11,624 nucleotides of DNA from Enterobacteria phage P4, in the sequence record NC_001609.1; one strand, 5' to 3'. The notes beneath the pieces are model-generated. The model saw nothing but the letters and a program-made list of their open reading frames with translations, had not been told where the DNA came from and did no database searches. Positions 7,440-11,624 of the stretch are shown one piece after another (the stretch's first letter is position 1; each line of letters starts with the position of its first letter). A program made the translations under genes and the position numbers.

Positions 7440-7895
7440 TTACAGATAATTGCGGTAACTGTTATCCGGGGTGGTTTCCGGGTCAGGCTCCGTGCGGGGA
7501 ATTTCCCGCCATTCCCGCGCCACCGGTGCTGCCCGGCTGACCGGAACAGTGTCCTGCGGGTAAATATCCAGATATTTTTCCCGCCATTTCTGTAATTCCG
7601 GGTCTCCGGCCATTTCTTTCAGTACCGCATGCCGGTTTACGGGGCTGCGTTTAAACAGGTCAGGACGGTCACAGGTAAATTCCCGCAGAAAACGCCCCAG
7701 CGGGATGTCTGTGGTGCGTCCGTCAGCGAGGATACGCACAAGGATACTGAATTTACGGCGGTACGGGTTCCAGACAATGTCCGGGCAGCGGTACGGCATT
7801 TCCCACGGAATACCGTCTTCCAGAATGCCGACCACGGCCACATCGGGAAAACCGGCAGAACGGTAAATCTCACCGGGCTGGGGAAAATCAAACAT
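7440..7895 (-). CDS. orf151, conserved P4 protein of unknown function
   Basis: 151-aa ORF; the ATG at 7895-7893 lies 2 nt after the stop of the upstream ORF. Size matches the P4 ORF known by this name. Confidence 0.7.
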   Translation of the reverse strand: MFDFPQPGEIYRSAGFPDVAVVGILEDGIPWEMPYRCPDIVWNPYRRKFSILVRILADGRTTDIPLGRFLREFTCDRPDLFKRSPVNRHAVLKEMAGDPELQKWREKYLDIYPQDTVPVSRAAPVAREWREIPRTEPDPETTPDNSYRNYL

Positions 7896-8175
7896 GCGTC
7901 CTGTCTCCCCGGTCTTTCTGCTGGGCGAGAAAATCGCGGCACAGGCCTTTGGCTTTCAGCTCATTCAGCACAAAATCAATATCTTCATTCAGGTAGCTGA
8001 AAATATGTGGAATGTAGAGCTGATGCAGGCCGGAGAGTTCACGGTGAATCAAATCACCCCCAACAAACCGGGATACGGCGCTGGCGCGGTTGAGCTTATG
8101 GTAAGCCTCAATGCTGAGGTGTTCACGGGCGTCATGACGCGCTGAGACGGTCTGAGGGGCTTTTTTATTACGCAC
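7888..8175 (-). CDS. eps: Epsilon, candidate antirepressor that derepresses the helper prophage (95 aa if GTG start)
   Basis: C-terminal part of the 7888..8460 reading frame. A GTG at 8175-8173 is preceded by GGAGG with 6-nt spacing and overlaps the kil stop by 8 nt, giving 95 aa. The alternative ATG at 8220 (110 aa) would overlap kil extensively. Identity from position between kil and orf151. Confidence 0.5.
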
Positions 8176-8365
8176 GGGACACCTCCACCACCGGCAGACG
8201 GGCAGCAAGGGAGAGCACATAGTCACGGACAAGGGAACGGCGGGCACTGCGTTCATCACCGGCGACGGTGCGAAGCATACAGATACGGGGATGACGGTCT
8301 GCGCGACGGACAGCCGCAAACACAAAGACAAATTCAGGGTGTGAGGGGGTAAGGGTTGTAGCCAT
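8168..8365 (-). CDS. kil: Kil, first translated gene of the early leftward operon (65 aa)
   Basis: Last 65 codons of the 8168..8812 frame ([12 protein letters not shown]...EVSRA). ATG at 8365-8363 is preceded by AGGAGG with about 8-nt spacing; the upstream part of the frame lacks an SD and covers the untranslated leader. Name and size from recalled P4 literature. Confidence 0.5.
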
Positions 8366-8419
8366 GATGGCAGCCTCCTGTGAATAGCAAATAACGCTAT
8401 CGCCGGAGTTCTCACGCTC

Positions 8420-8505
8420 GATGGCGATAGCCCAGACGGGGGTGAGAATACCGGCTTCACAGGATACCGGCCAGCCCGGAGGCTGCCCCGCCTGAGCTAC
8501 CATTG
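8420..8505 (-). ncRNA. cI: Candidate cI immunity RNA region (approximate)
   Basis: Untranslated leader between the predicted PLE and kil. Contains a segment (plus-strand GGGGGTGAGAATACC, 8437-8451) complementary to a 10-mer direct repeat GTTCTCACGC found upstream (8660-8669) and downstream (8408-8417), matching the seqA/seqB/seqC logic of P4 immunity. Boundaries are approximate and from memory. Confidence 0.3.
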
Positions 8506-8689
8506 ACTCTGCGGCATAATGAGCGGACGCGGGCAGGATGCACGGAATGCCATCTGCACGACTGACCACACACCACACCATAATCTGGCGCTCTGTGGCA
8601 TTGATTGCGACACAAAAAAAGACGCGTGGCGCGTCATATGTCGCCTGTGAATTGCTCGGGTTCTCACGCCCGGCTGCCGATTTTGCGGC

Positions 8690-8729
8690 AGGCGAAAAAC
8701 TATATCCGCAAATGCCGGAAAAAGGCAAG
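8690..8729 (-). promoter_or_regulatory. Candidate early leftward promoter PLE (sigma70-like)
   Basis: On the minus strand, TTGCCT (-35, plus 8729-8724), about 18-nt spacer, TATAGT (-10, plus 8704-8699); predicted start near 8690. Lies just downstream of the vis stop. Confidence 0.3.
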
Positions 8730-8763
8730 CCAGAAAAAGGGAGTTTTTGCAGAGCGGGCATCA

Positions 8764-9030
8764 TCATGCGTCGTACCCCCGTTTGCGTCCGGCAATGCGT
8801 CCGGCCATCCATGCGGTGACTTCAGAGTGCAGCCAGGCCACATTTTTACCGCCAAGACTCACCTGCGGCGGAAATTCCCCCTTACGGATGAGTTCGTAGA
8901 TGGTCGAGCGTGACAGGCCGCACAGGTGCATCACTTCCGGCACACGTAAAAAACGCTCCTGCGTGATGTCCGGCAGCGGCATCAGTGGCGTCACTGGGGC
9001 GGGAGACGGGGAAGAAAAAACAGCTTGCAT
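8764..9030 (-). CDS. vis: Vis, AlpA/Xis-like helix-turn-helix regulator and excision factor (orf88)
   Basis: 88-aa ORF with ATG at 9030 and GAGG SD 7 nt upstream. Contains the AlpA-family HTH ...[30 protein letters not shown].... First gene downstream of the late leftward promoter. Confidence 0.8.
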   Translation of the reverse strand: MQAVFSSPSPAPVTPLMPLPDITQERFLRVPEVMHLCGLSRSTIYELIRKGEFPPQVSLGGKNVAWLHSEVTAWMAGRIAGRKRGYDA

Positions 9031-9132
9031 CGGGCTACCTCGTTAATGTCCATACAGCACCGGATAAGTCCGTCCGGCTTCGGGTAGCGCTTTATTTTGT
9101 GAATATTTTCAGCAGACGCAACAGGGGGGATT

Positions 9133-9150
9133 TGTTCAGGCTGTCTTACA
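9133..9150 (-). promoter_or_regulatory. TGT-N12-ACA dyad: Delta/Ogr-type activator site of the late leftward promoter PLL
   Basis: TGTTCAGGCTGTCTTACA at 9133-9150, the P2/P4 late-promoter activator dyad, about 100 bp upstream of the vis start in the leftward direction. Confidence 0.5.
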
Positions 9151-9179
9151 ATGGCTGTGTGTTTTTTGTTCATCTCCAC

Positions 9180-9209
9180 TTAAAGTCATTTAAAGCCACT
9201 TAAAGCAAT
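9180..9209. promoter_or_regulatory. Three tandem cox-box-like repeats (TTAAAGNNAN) at exact 10-bp spacing
   Basis: TTAAAGTCAT / TTAAAGCCAC / TTAAAGCAAT at 9180-9189, 9190-9199 and 9200-9209, upstream of the PLL activator dyad. Resembles binding sites for helper P2 Cox (and possibly P4 Vis). Confidence 0.45.
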
Positions 9210-9308
9210 TTGTAATTTTTATAGTGAAATACAAATCGTTTCTTCTTATTCATTCCCGGCGAATTAATAAAAACAAACAGTAGTAAACAGCACAAAAAGC
9301 CCATCAAC

Positions 9309-9414
9309 GGGTGAACAGTGGTGAACAGACGGTGAACAGTCATTACTGCGATTGTTCACCCTTTAACTTACTGTATTACTTATCTTTTTTATTAAGGTGA
9401 ACAGAGGTGAACAG
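9309..9414. other. ori: origin of replication with six alpha-binding type I iterons and an AT-rich spacer
   Basis: GGTGAACA at 9310-9317, 9320-9327, 9331-9338, 9396-9403 and 9406-9413, plus inverted TGTTCACC at 9354-9361. AT-rich stretch 9362-9395. Same octamer as in crr. Confidence 0.65.
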
Positions 9415-9492
9415 TAAAATATAAAAAAACAAACAGTAAGCCGGTTTTTCCTGCGACCTTTTCCTGGCTTGCCGGTCTGAGGATGAGTCTCC

Positions 9493-9510
9493 TGTGTCAG
9501 GGCTGGCACA
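9493..9510 (+). promoter_or_regulatory. TGT-N12-ACA dyad: Delta/Ogr-type activator site of the late rightward promoter Psid
   Basis: TGTGTCAGGGCTGGCACA at 9493-9510, about 75-90 bp upstream of the sid ATG, consistent with an activator site centred near -55. Confidence 0.55.
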
Positions 9511-9582
9511 TCTGCAATGCGTCGTGTTGTTGTCCGGTGTACGTCACAATTTTCTTAACCTGAAGTGACGAGGAGCCGGAAA

Positions 9583-10317
9583 ATGTCTGACCACACTATC
9601 CCTGAATATCTGCAACCCGCACTGGCACAACTGGAAAAGGCCAGAGCCGCCCATCTTGAGAACGCCCGCCTGATGGATGAGACCGTCACGGCCATTGAAC
9701 GGGCAGAGCAGGAAAAAAATGCGCTGGCGCAGGCCGACGGAAACGACGCTGACGACTGGCGCACGGCCTTTCGTGCAGCCGGTGGTGTCCTGAGCGACGA
9801 GCTGAAACAGCGCCACATTGAGCGCGTGGCACGCCGGGAGCTGGTACAGGAATATGACAATCTGGCCGTGGTGCTGAATTTCGAACGTGAACGCCTGAAA
9901 GGGGCGTGTGACAGCACGGCCACCGCCTACCGGAAGGCACATCATCACCTTCTGAGTCTGTATGCAGAGCATGAGCTGGAACACGCCCTGAATGAAACCT
10001 GTGAGGCGCTTGTCCGGGCAATGCATCTGAGCATTCTGGTACAGGAAAATCCGCTCGCCAACACCACCGGCCATCAGGGCTACGTCGCACCGGAAAAGGC
10101 TGTCATGCAGCAGGTGAAATCATCGCTGGAACAGAAAATTAAACAGATGCAAATCAGCCTCACCGGCGAGCCGGTTCTCCGGCTGACCGGACTGTCAGCG
10201 GCAACACTCCCGCACATGGATTATGAGGTGGCAGGCACACCGGCACAGCGCAAGGTGTGGCAGGACAAAATAGACCAGCAGGGAGCAGAGCTTAAGGCCA
10301 GAGGGCTGCTGTCATGA
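9583..10317 (+). CDS. sid: Sid, external scaffold / capsid size determination protein
   Basis: ORF track starts at GTG 9565, but the ATG at 9583 is preceded by AGGAG (9571-9575) and gives 244 aa (MSDHTIPEYL...), matching recalled Sid length. Helical, Ala/Glu/Leu-rich sequence. Confidence 0.85.
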   Translation: MSDHTIPEYLQPALAQLEKARAAHLENARLMDETVTAIERAEQEKNALAQADGNDADDWRTAFRAAGGVLSDELKQRHIERVARRELVQEYDNLAVVLNFERERLKGACDSTATAYRKAHHHLLSLYAEHELEHALNETCEALVRAMHLSILVQENPLANTTGHQGYVAPEKAVMQQVKSSLEQKIKQMQISLTGEPVLRLTGLSAATLPHMDYEVAGTPAQRKVWQDKIDQQGAELKARGLLS

Positions 10318-10814
10318 TTTACTGTCCGTCGTGTGGACATGTTGCTCACACCCGTCGCGCACATTTCATGGACGATGGCACCAAGATAATGATTGCACAG
10401 TGCCGGAATATTTATTGCTCTGCGACATTTGAAGCGAGTGAAAGCTTTTTCTCTGACAGTAAAGATTCAGGAATGGAATACATTTCAGGCAAACAGAGAT
10501 ACCGCGATTCACTGACGTCAGCCTCCTGCGGTATGAAACGCCCGAAAAGAATGCTTGTTACCGGATATTGTTGTCGGAGATGTAAAGGCCTTGCACTGTC
10601 AAGAACATCGCGGCGTCTGTCTCAGGAAGTCACCGAGCGTTTTTATGTGTGCACGGATCCGGGCTGTGGTCTGGTGTTTAAAACGCTTCAGACCATCAAC
10701 CGCTTCATTGTCCGCCCGGTCACGCCGGACGAACTGGCAGAACGCCTGCATGAAAAACAGGAACTGCCGCCAGTACGGTTAAAAACACAATCATATTCGC
10801 TGCGTCTGGAATGA
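10314..10814 (+). CDS. delta: Delta, late-gene transcriptional activator (tandem Ogr-like zinc fingers)
   Basis: 166-aa ORF; ATG overlaps the sid stop (ATGA). Two C-x2-C...C-x4-C zinc-finger units: CPSCGH...CRNIYC and CRRCKG...CTDPGC. Confidence 0.9.
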   Translation: MIYCPSCGHVAHTRRAHFMDDGTKIMIAQCRNIYCSATFEASESFFSDSKDSGMEYISGKQRYRDSLTSASCGMKRPKRMLVTGYCCRRCKGLALSRTSRRLSQEVTERFYVCTDPGCGLVFKTLQTINRFIVRPVTPDELAERLHEKQELPPVRLKTQSYSLRLE

Positions 10815-10887
10815 GGGCTGCCGGTTAACACCGGCCGTCGCCGCACACCGTATTTTTATTCTTCAGCATGATGAGAAAGAGATAACG

Positions 10888-11460
10888 ATGGAAAGCACAG
10901 CCTTACAGCAGGCCTTTGACACCTGTCAGAATAACAAAGCAGCATGGCTGCAACGCAAAAATGAGCTGGCAGCGGCCGAACAGGAATATCTGCGGCTTCT
11001 GTCAGGAGAAGGCAGAAACGTCAGTCGCCTGGACGAATTACGCAATATTATCGAAGTCAGAAAATGGCAGGTGAATCAGGCCGCCGGTCGTTATATTCGT
11101 TCGCATGAAGCCGTTCAGCACATCAGCATCCGCGACCGGCTGAATGATTTTATGCAGCAGCACGGCACAGCACTGGCGGCCGCACTGGCACCGGAGCTGA
11201 TGGGCTACAGTGAGCTGACGGCCATTGCCCGAAACTGTGCCATACAGCGTGCCACAGATGCCCTGCGTGAAGCCCTTCTGTCCTGGCTTGCGAAGGGTGA
11301 AAAAATTAATTATTCCGCACAGGATAGCGACATTTTAACGACCATCGGATTCAGGCCTGACGTGGCTTCGGTGGATGACAGCCGTGAAAAATTCACCCCT
11401 GCGCAGAACATGATTTTTTCGCGTAAAAGTGCGCAACTGGCATCACGTCAGTCAGTGTAA
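10888..11460 (+). CDS. psu: Psu, polarity suppression protein (Rho antagonist / capsid decoration)
   Basis: 190-aa ORF, last gene of the sid-delta-psu operon. Size and position match recalled P4 psu. Confidence 0.88.
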   Translation: MESTALQQAFDTCQNNKAAWLQRKNELAAAEQEYLRLLSGEGRNVSRLDELRNIIEVRKWQVNQAAGRYIRSHEAVQHISIRDRLNDFMQQHGTALAAALAPELMGYSELTAIARNCAIQRATDALREALLSWLAKGEKINYSAQDSDILTTIGFRPDVASVDDSREKFTPAQNMIFSRKSAQLASRQSV

Positions 11461-11490
11461 AATTCCCCGAAAATCCGCCCGTTTTTACTG

Positions 11491-11527
11491 AAAAAAGCCA
11501 TGCATCGATAAGGTGCATGGCTTTGCA
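11491..11527 (+). terminator. Candidate terminator hairpin downstream of psu
   Basis: GCCATGCA-(9-nt loop)-TGCATGGC at 11497-11521, flanked by A6 upstream and TTTG downstream. The U-tract is weak, so it may act bidirectionally or inefficiently. Confidence 0.4.
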
Positions 11528-11624
11528 TGCGTTTTCCTGCCTCATTTTCTGCAAACCGCGCCATTCCCGGCGCGGTCTGAGCGTGTCAGTGCAACTGCAT
11601 TAAAACCGCCCCGCAAAGCGGGCG

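Larger units (their letters stand above)
1..11624. mobile_element. Complete linear genome of a P4-type satellite phage (phage-plasmid), cos to cos
   Basis: Window starts with the 19-nt P2/P4-type cohesive end. Gene order int-att-crr-alpha...vis / ori / sid-delta-psu and the ORF sizes match recalled P4 values, as does the 11,624-bp length. No alignment was possible. Confidence 0.8.

Noticed and set aside
7888-8460. 190-aa minus-strand ORF as a single protein
   Set aside because: The N-terminal 95 residues are Pro/Ser/Leu-rich low-complexity and overlap kil and the candidate cI RNA. Only the C-terminal 95 codons from the SD-preceded GTG are retained, as epsilon.
8168-8812. 214-aa minus-strand ORF as a single protein
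   Set aside because: Its 5' part overlaps the vis 3' end, the predicted PLE and the untranslated immunity leader, and has no SD. Only the last 65 codons (kil) have a strong RBS.
8538-8913. Plus-strand ORFs of 93 and 102 aa
   Set aside because: Antisense to the immunity leader and vis, with no RBS and a basic low-complexity composition.
8985-9203. 72-aa plus-strand and 62-aa minus-strand ORFs
   Set aside because: They lie in the PLL promoter / cox-box control region and overlap the vis start, with no RBS.
9544-10090. Minus-strand ORFs of 176, 134 and 122 aa
   Set aside because: Antisense to sid and Arg/Ala/Ser-rich low-complexity; the sid frame has the SD-preceded ATG and a coherent helical protein.
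10555-10782. 75-aa plus-strand ORF
   Set aside because: Nested out of frame within delta, with no independent start signals.

Overview
This window reads as the complete linear genome of an Escherichia coli P4-type satellite phage (phage-plasmid), cos to cos. From memory, the 11,624-bp length, the 19-nt P2/P4 cohesive end at position 1 (GGCGAGGCGGGGAAAGCAC) and the gene sizes (integrase 439 aa, alpha 777 aa, orf151, 88-aa Vis, Sid 244 aa, Delta 166 aa, Psu 190 aa) all match phage P4 itself; I could not run an alignment to confirm. Layout: (1) 1-2600, a visibly AT-rich accessory arm with gop and beta (rightward) and convergent cII sharing one hairpin terminator; (2) 2607-4300, P4-type tyrosine integrase and an attP region with a tRNA 3'-end mimic flanked by (A/G)TGCCCCC repeats; (3) 4291-4590, crr, two 120-bp direct repeats carrying alpha-binding iterons; (4) 4636-9030, the leftward operon vis, immunity leader with candidate cI RNA, kil, epsilon, orf151, orf106 and alpha primase-helicase; (5) 9133-9510, a control region with two TGT-N12-ACA activator dyads, three tandem cox boxes and the iteron-containing ori; (6) 9583-11460, the rightward late operon sid-delta-psu, then a terminator and cos-right. 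The most interesting part is the gop-beta-cII module in the psu/cos-int accessory hotspot: a toxic-looking two-transmembrane protein, a Beta-family partner and a separately transcribed gene with a PD-(D/E)xK-like motif. As I recall it has been reported as an anti-phage system in this hotspot, so it is probably not undescribed, but its mechanism is unknown as far as I know. All coordinates come from reading the sequence and the ORF track; gene names rest on recalled P4 literature and were not verified by search.
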